Shown: positions 1 through 9,211 of the stretch, in pieces | Layout: every line of letters begins with the position of its first letter | Numbering within the stretch: the first letter of the stretch is position 1 | NCBI GenBank assembly: GCA_037440465.1 | Contig: JBBIUB010000001.1 | Coordinates: forward strand, 1-64,000 | DNA length: 64,000 nucleotides | Origin: Coprothermobacterota bacterium | GTDB lineage: Bacteria > Coprothermobacterota > HKB111 | Direction: 5' to 3' | Notes under the pieces: model-generated | Database searches by the model: none | What the model was told of the DNA's origin: nothing | The model's input: only the letters and a program-made list of their open reading frames with translations | Made by a program: the position numbers and the translations under genes

Positions 1-35
1 AGTAACCAGATTATCAGGTAAGGAGGTAGAGAATA

Positions 36-2162
36 ATGGATAAAATTGTTCTTACAATAAACGGTATAAAGATTCCAGCTAAGAAAGGTGATACTATTCT
101 GGAGGCAGCTAAAAGAGAAAATATATATATACCTACTCTATGCTATCATCCTGATCTTTCTCCTTTTGGTGGATGCAGACTCTGTATAGTTGAAGTAGAA
201 AACCTTAGAGGTTATCCCACATCTTGTACAACTCCAGCAGAAGATGGGATGAAGGTGAAAACCAACACCCGAGCTCTTAATGAAATAAGGAAAACTGCTC
301 TGGAGTTAATTATATCTGAACATCCCCTGGATTGCCTTACCTGTATTAAAAACCAGAAATGTGAACTTCAAAAGATTGCAGCTTATATGGGAATTGACTC
401 CGTCAGGTTTGAAAGAATACAAAAAAATATCCAAATTGATACAATTAATCCACTCTTTGATAGAGATCTTGCTAAGTGTATACTGTGTGGAAGGTGTGTT
501 AGGGCCTGTCAGGAACTTAGAGGCGTAGGAGCGATTGATTTTATTAATAGAGGAGACCAAGCAATTATTGGAACTTCTTTTGATCGCTCACTTATTGATT
601 CTGAATGCCGCTTCTGTACAGCTTGCGTAGAAGTTTGCCCCACAGCTGCTCTGGTAGATAAAGGTACTAAATGGCTACCCAAGAATAAAAAAATTGAATA
701 CCTTGTGCCATGTACCCACAATTGCCCAGCCCGTATAGATATACCACTTTATGTAAGACTTGCTAACGAAGGTAAGTACTCTGAGGCTCTGGCAGTAATA
801 AGAGAAAAGGTGCCATTCCCTGCTTCTCTTGGAAGAGTGTGTTTCCACCCCTGCGAAACAAGCTGTAGAAGAAAAGAACTTAATGAGGCTATAGCAATAA
901 AAAATCTAAAAAGAGCTGCTGTTGATTACGGAGATCAAGGTCTCTGGAAAAAAAACACCATAATAAAGCCGCTTAACGGAAAGAAAGTTGTTATCATCGG
1001 TGCTGGACCATCAGGATTGACAGCAGCTTATTACCTGGCAAAATCCGGATATAAGGTCACTATTTTTGAAGCCTTACCAGAACTCGGAGGAATGATGAGA
1101 TATGGAATACCTTCCTACAGATTACCAAGAGAAGTATTAGACTCAGAGATTGCTGAAATCATAAACATGGGTGTTGATATAAAAACAAATACAAAGGTGA
1201 CTGATCTTGATGAACTACAAAAAACCTTTGATGCTATTTTTATAGCAAATGGAGCCCAACAGGGGTTAAAAATAAGAGTAGAAGGAGAAGAACTGGAGGG
1301 AGTTCAGGATTGCATAACCCTCCTTAGAAATATTGCTCTTGGTATTAAACCAAATCTTGGGGAAAAAGTAGCTGTTATTGGAGGTGGAAATTCTGCTATT
1401 GATGCCGCCAGAACAGCCCTTCGATTAGGCTCTAAAAAAGTTAATATCTTATACAGAAGAACACTAACAGAGATGCCTGCCAACCCTGAAGAAGTTGAGG
1501 AAGCAGAAGATGAGGGCGTTTCTATAGAATTTCTCACCGCACCGATAAAAATAACCAAAGAAGAGACTGGCTTAAATATTACCTGTATAAAAATGGTGCT
1601 TGGTGAACCGGATCGTACAGGAAGAAGAAGACCTGTACCAATAGAAGGCAGTGAATTCACTGAATTGTATCATTCAATAATCCTTGCCATAGGCCAAGCA
1701 CCAGAGGTTCCTTGTAGTTGGGGTCTTGAAGTTGAAAAAGATGGCACAATAAGAACCAATCCTGATACACTTGAAACTTCTAAGAAAGGAATCTTTGCTG
1801 GTGGTGATGTTGTAAAGGGTCCTGCTTCTGTAATTGAAGCTATTGCTCATGGTAGGCAAGGAGCCATACAGATTGATAAATACCTTGGTGGAGATGGGAT
1901 TATTGATGAGGTTCTTGTTGATAAAGAGATATCTTCTTGCCAGATTGGAAGGATTGATGATTTTTGTCGTAAAGAAAGAATTCAACTCTCTCATTTAAAT
2001 AGAGAGTTGAGGGTTAAATCCTTTTCAGAGGTTCAGATAGGATATAAAGATAATGACTCAAGATATGAAGGAAGTAGATGTCTTAAGTGCGACTTAAGAT
2101 TGAATATAAATAGCATAATACTCCCTTCTGACGAAGAAAGAAGTTACATCACCGAGGAGTAA
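36..2162 (+). CDS. Fe-S/FAD oxidoreductase: HydA/NuoG-like N-terminal Fe-S module fused to a GltD-like NAD(P)H/FAD domain (StnC/NsoC-like subunit)
   Basis: [2Fe-2S] motif CYHP..GGCRLC..C; His-ligated cluster HPLDCLTC..C; CILCGRCVRAC and CRFCTACVEVCP; GltD-type PCTHNCP..GRVCFHPCETSCRR; GAGPSG and GGGNSA dinucleotide motifs; AGGAGG RBS. Confidence 0.85.
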   Translation: MDKIVLTINGIKIPAKKGDTILEAAKRENIYIPTLCYHPDLSPFGGCRLCIVEVENLRGYPTSCTTPAEDGMKVKTNTRALNEIRKTALELIISEHPLDCLTCIKNQKCELQKIAAYMGIDSVRFERIQKNIQIDTINPLFDRDLAKCILCGRCVRACQELRGVGAIDFINRGDQAIIGTSFDRSLIDSECRFCTACVEVCPTAALVDKGTKWLPKNKKIEYLVPCTHNCPARIDIPLYVRLANEGKYSEALAVIREKVPFPASLGRVCFHPCETSCRRKELNEAIAIKNLKRAAVDYGDQGLWKKNTIIKPLNGKKVVIIGAGPSGLTAAYYLAKSGYKVTIFEALPELGGMMRYGIPSYRLPREVLDSEIAEIINMGVDIKTNTKVTDLDELQKTFDAIFIANGAQQGLKIRVEGEELEGVQDCITLLRNIALGIKPNLGEKVAVIGGGNSAIDAARTALRLGSKKVNILYRRTLTEMPANPEEVEEAEDEGVSIEFLTAPIKITKEETGLNITCIKMVLGEPDRTGRRRPVPIEGSEFTELYHSIILAIGQAPEVPCSWGLEVEKDGTIRTNPDTLETSKKGIFAGGDVVKGPASVIEAIAHGRQGAIQIDKYLGGDGIIDEVLVDKEISSCQIGRIDDFCRKERIQLSHLNRELRVKSFSEVQIGYKDNDSRYEGSRCLKCDLRLNINSIILPSDEERSYITEE

Positions 2163-2188
2163 TGTATTATTTTATATCTTTAGTAGAT

Positions 2189-3169
2189 TTAGAAACTTAA
2201 GTCTTTCCTTGCAAAATTAAGGAAGCCCTTTGAATAACCTGAAAGCAGTTTTAACCCTTCCAGGATTACTTTATCAAGGGCTTCTTTCTTTTTTAACTCA
2301 TCAGGAGTAAAATTACCTTTTTTAACTCTTTCTAAATCAAACGTGAATAATTTCTTACTGGATATTTCTTTGCCAAAAAATATTTCTGATTTATCCCATA
2401 ATTTTCCAATAAGCTTTCTTGAACGTGAGGCAGCTATCAATGTTGTTTTATAAGGATTTCTTACGGGTATAACATCAGATCGAATTAGAATTTCAGTATA
2501 GGAAGGATTTACATTTATTATCTGAATACCTTGGTAATCTTCCAGGTTAGAGTGGTGATTTACACACATTATTGTAAAGCCTTTTATGTCAATAATTTCT
2601 TTTAAAACAATTCTGTTTGGTGCTGGGAGAGTATGTTGAGGTTGAGTTATATCCTGTATGTAGTGCATGGTTCGGGCAAGAAACCTGAATCCCCAATAGT
2701 CATCACCTTTACTAAATGCAAGCTTGCTAAGATTATAAAAATGGCTTACTCTCCGATGAGCCACACCTGCTCGGAGAAGACCTCCAAAGGCTACATAACG
2801 TTGATGTCGGTATCCTTGTGAATCACCAGTTAAGAATTGAAATCTTGATAGTTTGAGCTCTGTGTCCATGTCCCAGTCTGGTTCATCTACATATATAGAT
2901 AAGATTGTATAAGCATTCGTTGTTTCGCCTATATTTCCCTCTTTAAACTTGATCACAAATTTTGGATTGTAAATTGACTTATCTTCATCTGCGTAGGTAT
3001 AAGGTGTGATAACTATATTTTTATAATCTTTAAGCCATTCAATATCTTTTAAAACATATCCGGTCATCAGCCCATGCTCACTCCAGGCATATGTTTGAAA
3101 AGGTATTAGAAACAATAGCAAAACTAATAATAAACCTGATAACTTTCTAAATAATGGGCATCTAATCAT
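2189..3169 (-). CDS. Secreted Zn-dependent phospholipase C / P1-S1 nuclease fold protein
   Basis: Signal peptide ending TYA, then mature N-terminal W-S-E-H; HYIQDITQPQH and later H..LE Zn-ligand pattern. Confidence 0.65.
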   Translation of the reverse strand: MIRCPLFRKLSGLLLVLLLFLIPFQTYAWSEHGLMTGYVLKDIEWLKDYKNIVITPYTYADEDKSIYNPKFVIKFKEGNIGETTNAYTILSIYVDEPDWDMDTELKLSRFQFLTGDSQGYRHQRYVAFGGLLRAGVAHRRVSHFYNLSKLAFSKGDDYWGFRFLARTMHYIQDITQPQHTLPAPNRIVLKEIIDIKGFTIMCVNHHSNLEDYQGIQIINVNPSYTEILIRSDVIPVRNPYKTTLIAASRSRKLIGKLWDKSEIFFGKEISSKKLFTFDLERVKKGNFTPDELKKKEALDKVILEGLKLLSGYSKGFLNFARKDLSF

Positions 3170-3171
3170 TT

Positions 3172-4095
3172 TTATCCTCCATTCAAAATTTTTACCAGTC
3201 TTAACCAGCCCTGGCTAACATTAGAGATATTATACCCTCCTCCCCCCAAAACCAACAACCTGTTTGAAGCATAAAAACAGGCTATTTCCTTAACTATCTC
3301 TATTATCTTCGCATATCCATCAAAAGAATATTTAAGATGGGTGAGAGGATCTCCTACCAGACCATCAACCCCTGCCTGTAGGATCACCCATTCAGGTTGA
3401 GACCTTTTTGCCAACTCCTCAAGAGAAGAAATATGAGCAAGAAGTTCCTCATCACCTGAATCTGGAGGAAGAGGAACATTCACTTTAGTACCATAAGCCT
3501 TCCCTTTACCTTTTTCTCCAGCAAAACCTGTGCCTGGATAAAGAAAATGACCATCTTCATGAACATCCCAGATATAAACTGCTGGATTGTCTTCAAATGG
3601 ATAATAGATGCCATCACCATGATGGGCATCAATATCAACATAGAGAACTCTCTCAAGCCCATTTTTTAAAAGGTATTCAATGGCAACGCCAGCATCATTA
3701 AAGACACAGAAACCACCAGCCCTTCCTCTCATAGCATGGTGAAGACCTCCCATTGGATTAAAAGCCATCTTCCCTTTACCAGAGTTAATTAATTTAAGAA
3801 GATTTAAAGTTGTACCTACTACCCAGGAGGATGCTTCATAAACACCTCTAAAACTTGGCGTATCGCCATAATCTATAAATCCAACCCCTTTTTCAGATGA
3901 TTTAATAACGAAGTCTACATACTCCTTAATATGAAATAGCTCAATCTCTTTTCTTTCTGCAATATGAGGTTTTGTGATCAAATGATTTGGGATTTCAATG
4001 AGATTATCAAAAAATGCTTTTATACGACTGTTATTAAAAGGGTGGTTTTCTCCAAATGAATATAACAATAATTCTTCACCTTTAGCAATTATCAT
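3172..4095 (-). CDS. acuC: Histone deacetylase family (AcuC-like) Zn deacetylase
   Basis: GGLHHA, GFCVFND, DIDAHHGDG, QAGVD, LGGGGY motifs. Confidence 0.9.
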   Translation of the reverse strand: MIIAKGEELLLYSFGENHPFNNSRIKAFFDNLIEIPNHLITKPHIAERKEIELFHIKEYVDFVIKSSEKGVGFIDYGDTPSFRGVYEASSWVVGTTLNLLKLINSGKGKMAFNPMGGLHHAMRGRAGGFCVFNDAGVAIEYLLKNGLERVLYVDIDAHHGDGIYYPFEDNPAVYIWDVHEDGHFLYPGTGFAGEKGKGKAYGTKVNVPLPPDSGDEELLAHISSLEELAKRSQPEWVILQAGVDGLVGDPLTHLKYSFDGYAKIIEIVKEIACFYASNRLLVLGGGGYNISNVSQGWLRLVKILNGG

Positions 4096-4127
4096 ATTTG
4101 GCTCTCCTTTATATTAATTCAAAGTAA

Positions 4128-4225
4128 GGTTCAACGATTCCAGGGTTCGATGGTTCAAGTGTTTATATTATATAGAATTTATTAGAATTTCGTTTGACTC
4201 CCTAAACCTTGACCACTTGAATCCT
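4128..4225. repeat. Hairpin element of degenerate 8-bp units in inverted orientation (copy 1)
   Basis: Left arm ggttcaac-gattccag-ggttcgat-ggttcaag-tg (4128-4161); right arm ttgactcc-ctaaacc-ttgaccac-ttgaatcc (4194-4224); AT-rich spacer. Confidence 0.7.
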
Positions 4226-4330
4226 ATCATTACTACAATGGGTTTTAAAATAATCATCATATTTATCCGCACCTCTATCAAGAATTGTTTATTAGTTTAT
4301 GTTATCATAGCACCATTAACAGGAGGATAT

Positions 4331-5023
4331 ATGAATAAGAGTAATTCTTTTACCATACATGACTTACCTGCTCAAGAAAGACCAAGGGAAAGATTGAAAA
4401 ACTTTGGACCTGAAGCTCTTTCTGCACAGGAGCTTCTTGCATTGGTTATTGGGATGGGAATTCCAGGAAAATCTGTTATGAACATAGCTCAGGAACTTCT
4501 AACAAGATTTGGAAGTATTCAGGAGATTAGCAATGCAACCACAGAAGAACTTACTACCATTATAGGAATCGGATTTGCCAAAGCTATTCGAATTAAAGCT
4601 TGCTTTGAATTAGGTAAAAGGCAAGATTATGAAACAATAGCAAAAGACATAGATATAAAAAATCCCCAAAGTGTAGTTAAGGCAATCCGTAGCAAAATCC
4701 AGGATAAAGCAAAAGAACATTTCAAATTAATTATTCTCAATACCCGCAATAAAGTTGTAGGAATAACAAATATTTCCACAGGAACCCTGAACTCTAACCT
4801 TGTCCACCCAAGAGAAGTCTTTAAAGAAGCCATCAGAAATAATGCAGCTTCGGTGATTCTTTCTCACAACCATCCTTCAGGTAATCCTGAACCTTCAGAA
4901 GAAGATAAAGAGATTACACAAAGATTGGTGGAAGCCGGTAAAATAATTGGTATAAATGTTCTGGATCATGTTGTTATCGGAAAAAATAACTTCTACAGCT
5001 TTAAAGAAAAGGGTTTAATGTAA
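4331..5023 (+). CDS. radC: RadC family JAB-domain protein
   Basis: ERPRERL..GPEALS, VHPREVF, HNHPSG, LDHVVIG; start moved to ATG 4331 after AGGAGG. Confidence 0.92.
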   Translation: MNKSNSFTIHDLPAQERPRERLKNFGPEALSAQELLALVIGMGIPGKSVMNIAQELLTRFGSIQEISNATTEELTTIIGIGFAKAIRIKACFELGKRQDYETIAKDIDIKNPQSVVKAIRSKIQDKAKEHFKLIILNTRNKVVGITNISTGTLNSNLVHPREVFKEAIRNNAASVILSHNHPSGNPEPSEEDKEITQRLVEAGKIIGINVLDHVVIGKNNFYSFKEKGLM

Positions 5024-5111
5024 AAATTAAGATAAACTGGAATACCAAAAAGGTTTAGTGTTATATTTATATTAGGTGGCTTACCAATTTAAATAAAGGA
5101 GTAGATTTACA

Positions 5112-5627
5112 ATGGAAGAAGTAATAAATGCATTAAGAACAGCTATTGAGGGTGAGAAAAAATCCCTATTGAATTACCTGGATTATGCTCTAAACACGGA
5201 TGATTACAGGGCAAAGGATATGTTTGTTCTACTTGCACTTGACGAATTCAACCACTTTGAAATTTTAAGTTCTGAACTGAACAGTGTGAAAGAAACAGGA
5301 GAATTTATAAATCCTATGTTTTCTCCTTCTGATATAGCCAGAATAATACCCAGCCTAAAAAAAATCAATAAAAGAATACACGAAACAAAAAATTTTAGTG
5401 AAAAACAAGCTATTGAAATAGCACTTAACCTTGAAGACGAAGCAAGAAAATTCTACTTAGAGCAAGCTCAAAAATCAGATGACAGGTACGCCAAGGAGAT
5501 GTGGTTTAAGTTAGCTGAAATGGAAGAATCGCATTATCAGCTATTGATGTCCCAGACATATCATCTTAGAGAAACTGGTTACTGGTTAAATATTAAGGAG
5601 TTCTCTCTGGAAATCAGTGAAGATTAG
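5112..5627 (+). CDS. Ferritin-like / rubrerythrin-family diiron protein
   Basis: Duplicated E..Y..E-x-x-H pattern (DEFNH, EESH); no rubredoxin domain. Confidence 0.8.
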   Translation: MEEVINALRTAIEGEKKSLLNYLDYALNTDDYRAKDMFVLLALDEFNHFEILSSELNSVKETGEFINPMFSPSDIARIIPSLKKINKRIHETKNFSEKQAIEIALNLEDEARKFYLEQAQKSDDRYAKEMWFKLAEMEESHYQLLMSQTYHLRETGYWLNIKEFSLEISED

Positions 5628-7065
5628 CTCCATTAAAAAAGCTCTACTGATAAATCCTCCAACTGGACTTTATATGAGGGGGGAAGACCGCTGTCAGGTA
5701 CCTATAGAAGACCTGACTGCCACTTCTCTTAGAATGCCCCTTGATTTAGCATACATAGGTTCTTCTCTTATTAAAGAAGGTGTAGAGGTAAGGATAAAAG
5801 ATTATCCTGCAGAAAAAGGAACGATAGAAGCTTTTATTCAAGATTTAAATAATTTTTCACCTCAATTACTCCTTGTAAGTAGTACCCTCTTTTCCTTATA
5901 TAAAGACCTAGAAATTCTGAAAATTACTAAATCAAAATATCCTGAGATTTTCACCGTCATTAAGGGAGTAACAGCTTCTCGTTGGAAAAAATATCTTTTG
6001 GAAAGCAACAATAGCTTAGATTTTATCCTTTCAGGAGAATACGAACTTACCCTTCCAAAATTAATTAAAGGTAAACCCCTGGAGTCAATAGCAGGAGTCT
6101 CTTTTAGAAAAAACGGAGAGATAATATTGAGTAAAGAAGAACCAAGCATAGAAGACCTTGATTTACTTCCCTACCCTGCAAGACATCTGCTAAGAAACGA
6201 ACTTTATATAAGGTCTGATACAGGTGAACCAATGACTACTATTCAGGTAGGAAGGGGATGTCCTTTTTCCTGTATTTACTGCCTGGCTTCTCAGGTTTCT
6301 GGCAAAAGGCTCAGACTCAGGAGTCCTGTTAATATAATTGATGAAATTGAAGAGTGCGTCAAAGTATATGGGATAAATAATTTTTTCTTCCGTGCTGATA
6401 CTTTTACCATGCAAAAAAAATGGGTATTGGAAATTACGAGAGAAATCGAAGAAAGAGATTTCAAGATTCAGTATGCTGTTAATTCCAGGGTTGATACTAT
6501 TGATGAAGAAATGGTAAAAGCCCTGAAAAGATCAGGATGCTTTCTTATTTCTTTAGGTGTAGAAAGCGGGAACAAGGAATCGCTTAACCTTATAAAAAAA
6601 GGTACAACCTTAGAGCAGGGAGAGGAGTCTGTTTACCTTCTCAAAAAATATGGAATTAAAAGTTATTTATTCTTCATGATAGGTTTTCCCTGGGAAGACA
6701 AAAAAGACATTGAAGAAACTGTAAAATATGCAATAAAACTAAACGGAGACTTTGCAGAATTTCATATTCCTGTTCCTTTTGAAGAGACCCCCCTAAGAAA
6801 GATGATGGAAGAAGAAGGATTGATACCAAGGTTTATACCTCCTGAAAAAGGAGCTTCTCTTTCCACCCACGGATTACCTTCAATTGGCACAAAGTACATT
6901 ACAGCTTATGAACTCAGAAAAATAAGAAAAAAATCTATCCTTAGATATTACCTCAGATTTAATTACATATATGGGACATTAATCAAGACTAGGAGTATTA
7001 AAGAGTTCTTCAATTATATTAGATACGGGTACAATAGAGTTATAAGATTAATGTTCTCAAGATAA
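5617..7065 (+). CDS. Cobalamin-binding radical SAM protein
   Basis: N-terminal B12-binding-like domain (LINPP..PLDLAYI); GRGCPFSCIYC CxxxCxxC; GVESG; overlaps upstream gene. Confidence 0.88.
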   Translation: MKISSIKKALLINPPTGLYMRGEDRCQVPIEDLTATSLRMPLDLAYIGSSLIKEGVEVRIKDYPAEKGTIEAFIQDLNNFSPQLLLVSSTLFSLYKDLEILKITKSKYPEIFTVIKGVTASRWKKYLLESNNSLDFILSGEYELTLPKLIKGKPLESIAGVSFRKNGEIILSKEEPSIEDLDLLPYPARHLLRNELYIRSDTGEPMTTIQVGRGCPFSCIYCLASQVSGKRLRLRSPVNIIDEIEECVKVYGINNFFFRADTFTMQKKWVLEITREIEERDFKIQYAVNSRVDTIDEEMVKALKRSGCFLISLGVESGNKESLNLIKKGTTLEQGEESVYLLKKYGIKSYLFFMIGFPWEDKKDIEETVKYAIKLNGDFAEFHIPVPFEETPLRKMMEEEGLIPRFIPPEKGASLSTHGLPSIGTKYITAYELRKIRKKSILRYYLRFNYIYGTLIKTRSIKEFFNYIRYGYNRVIRLMFSR

Positions 7066-7149
7066 TGTTTTTAGAGTATAAAATTGAACACTAAAGAGTA
7101 TAATAAGCTCGTGAAAAACTTAAAAAATTGGAGATGATTAATACTATAA

Positions 7150-8487
7150 ATGGTTGGCAATAATAAAAAATATTTACGGCTTAAGCCTACTCAAATAGTT
7201 GTTCTTAGCTACCTCCTTATAATTCTCACAGGCTCCTTATTCTTATATATTCCATTTTCCAGCCACAATCCAACTTCATACCTGAATGCTTTATGGACAG
7301 CAACTTCTGCTACCTGTGTTACAGGTTTGGTGGTGGTTGATACAAGTACTCATTATACATTTTTTGGACAACTGGTAATTTTGCTCTTGATACAGATAGG
7401 TGGATTAGGTTATATGGTTATTATGACCTCTATTGCTTTATTATTAGGACGGAGAATTGCACTTTTTGATAGGATAACACTATCTGAATCGCTAAATCTT
7501 TACTCATTAAAAGGTATTATTCACCTGGTTAAACTAATTAGTGCATTTGTAATTTTTAGTGAATCTATTGGAGCAATATTTCTATCTATAAGATTCGTTC
7601 CACTTTTTGGTTGGTCTGATGGTATATGGAAAAGTTTGTTTCACTCAATTTCTGCTTTCAACAATGCAGGATTTGATTTGATGGGAGGTTTTAAAAGCTT
7701 CGGGGAATTTAAAGGAGATCCTCTTGTAAATATAGTTATTATGTGTTTAATAGTACTTGGAGGTTTAGGATTTTTCGCAGTTTCTGAAATTTTTACACTA
7801 AAAAGATTTAAACTTTTCAGTTTACATACAAAAATAGTTATAAGAACTACTATTATTTTATTAATTTCTACTACTATAATTATTTTTCTTCTGGAATACA
7901 GTAATCCACAAACCCTGAAACCCCTTACTCTTATTGATAAGGTTATGGTTTCCATCTTTCAAGCTGTTACTCCAAGAACAGCAGGATTCAGTACACTGAA
8001 CATAGGTGGATTAAAACCCGCAACCTCTATCTTGATTATTACTCTTATGTTTATAGGAGCTTCTCCCGGTGGCACAGGTGGTGGCGTAAAAACAACTACC
8101 TTTGTAATTGGATTGGCTATGCTCTGGTCTACTATACAAGGAGATGAAAAAACAGTGCTTATGCACAAAAGTATTCCCTATCAAAATGTAAAAAAAGCAA
8201 TATCTATTCTATTATTAGGATTAGCTGTTGTGTACTTATCAACAATATTTCTACTTATAACAAATAATTTTAAACCTTTAGATGTTTTTTTTGAATCAAC
8301 ATCAGCTTTTGGTACGGTTGGGCTATCAAAAGGCATAACCCCATTTTTAAATTCAGCAGGCAAAGTTATCCTTATAATTACAATGATGCTTGGTAGGATA
8401 GGTCCAGCTACTTTACTACTGTCTATGGTTATGCCCAGTGAACCCTGGAAAATATCTTATCCAGAAGAAAGAGTTATTGTAGGTTAA
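7150..8487 (+). CDS. ktrB: Ktr/Trk potassium uptake membrane subunit
   Basis: TATSATCVTGL, SAFNNAGF, TPRTAGF, SAFGTVGLS pore-loop motifs. Confidence 0.93.
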   Translation: MVGNNKKYLRLKPTQIVVLSYLLIILTGSLFLYIPFSSHNPTSYLNALWTATSATCVTGLVVVDTSTHYTFFGQLVILLLIQIGGLGYMVIMTSIALLLGRRIALFDRITLSESLNLYSLKGIIHLVKLISAFVIFSESIGAIFLSIRFVPLFGWSDGIWKSLFHSISAFNNAGFDLMGGFKSFGEFKGDPLVNIVIMCLIVLGGLGFFAVSEIFTLKRFKLFSLHTKIVIRTTIILLISTTIIIFLLEYSNPQTLKPLTLIDKVMVSIFQAVTPRTAGFSTLNIGGLKPATSILIITLMFIGASPGGTGGGVKTTTFVIGLAMLWSTIQGDEKTVLMHKSIPYQNVKKAISILLLGLAVVYLSTIFLLITNNFKPLDVFFESTSAFGTVGLSKGITPFLNSAGKVILIITMMLGRIGPATLLLSMVMPSEPWKISYPEERVIVG

Positions 8488-8502
8488 TAGGAGGAAAATT
8501 AA

Positions 8503-9153
8503 ATGGGTCGTATTCAGTGTGGAGTAATAGGTTTAGGAAGATTTGGCACTGCCGTTGCCACTACTCTTCTCAATCTTGGAGCTGATGTAATTGTTTTAGA
8601 CCAGGATGAGTCTAAATCAGAAAACTTCAGAACAACTCCAGCAATTGCCATTGCGGGCGATGCTACTAATGAGTTAGCACTAAGAGAAGCAGGAATGGCA
8701 AATTGTGATATTGTTATAGTAGCAATAGGTAAAGATGTCCAGGCAAGTATTTTAATTACAGCAATTTTAAAAGAAATGGCTATCCCAACAATTATTGCTA
8801 AAGCTGGTGATGAACTTCATGGAAAGGTTTTAAGTAAAGTAGGTGCCCACAAGGTAATATTTCCTGAAAGAGATATGGGGATACGTGTGGCTTACTCTCT
8901 AATGACTTCAAATATACTGGACCTTCTTGAACTATCTAAAGATCTGAGTATTGCAGAAATACACCCACCATTTACTGTAAAGGGTAAGACTCTTCAGGAA
9001 TCCAGATTGAGAGAAAGGTACAAAGTAAATGTTTTAGCTCTCAAGCGAGGAGAGGAAACCTTTGTAAATCCAGAACCTGAAGAAACAATCCACCCCGATG
9101 ATACCCTAATAGTGGTTGGCAAAGTGGTAGATATCCAAAAACTTCAAAAGTAG
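8503..9153 (+). CDS. ktrA: Ktr/Trk potassium uptake NAD-binding RCK subunit
   Basis: VIGLGRFG, PERDMG, C-terminal RCK_C; follows ktrB. Confidence 0.92.
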   Translation: MGRIQCGVIGLGRFGTAVATTLLNLGADVIVLDQDESKSENFRTTPAIAIAGDATNELALREAGMANCDIVIVAIGKDVQASILITAILKEMAIPTIIAKAGDELHGKVLSKVGAHKVIFPERDMGIRVAYSLMTSNILDLLELSKDLSIAEIHPPFTVKGKTLQESRLRERYKVNVLALKRGEETFVNPEPEETIHPDDTLIVVGKVVDIQKLQK

Positions 9154-9203
9154 GGTTTGAGGTGAATCCTATCTTCATTCACTACTTGATCCCTGGAACC
9201 CTA
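9151..9203. repeat. Short hairpin with two 8-bp repeat units (copy 2 of the 8-mer family); may act as terminator
   Basis: tagggtt...aacccta outer stem, gtgaat/attcac inner stem, ttgatccc-tggaaccc units at 9186-9201. Confidence 0.5.
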
Positions 9204-9211
9204 TATTATCA

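Noticed and set aside
4331..5023. radC as marker of a mobile island
   Set aside because: Full-length chromosomal-type RadC with no integrase, transposase or att repeats nearby
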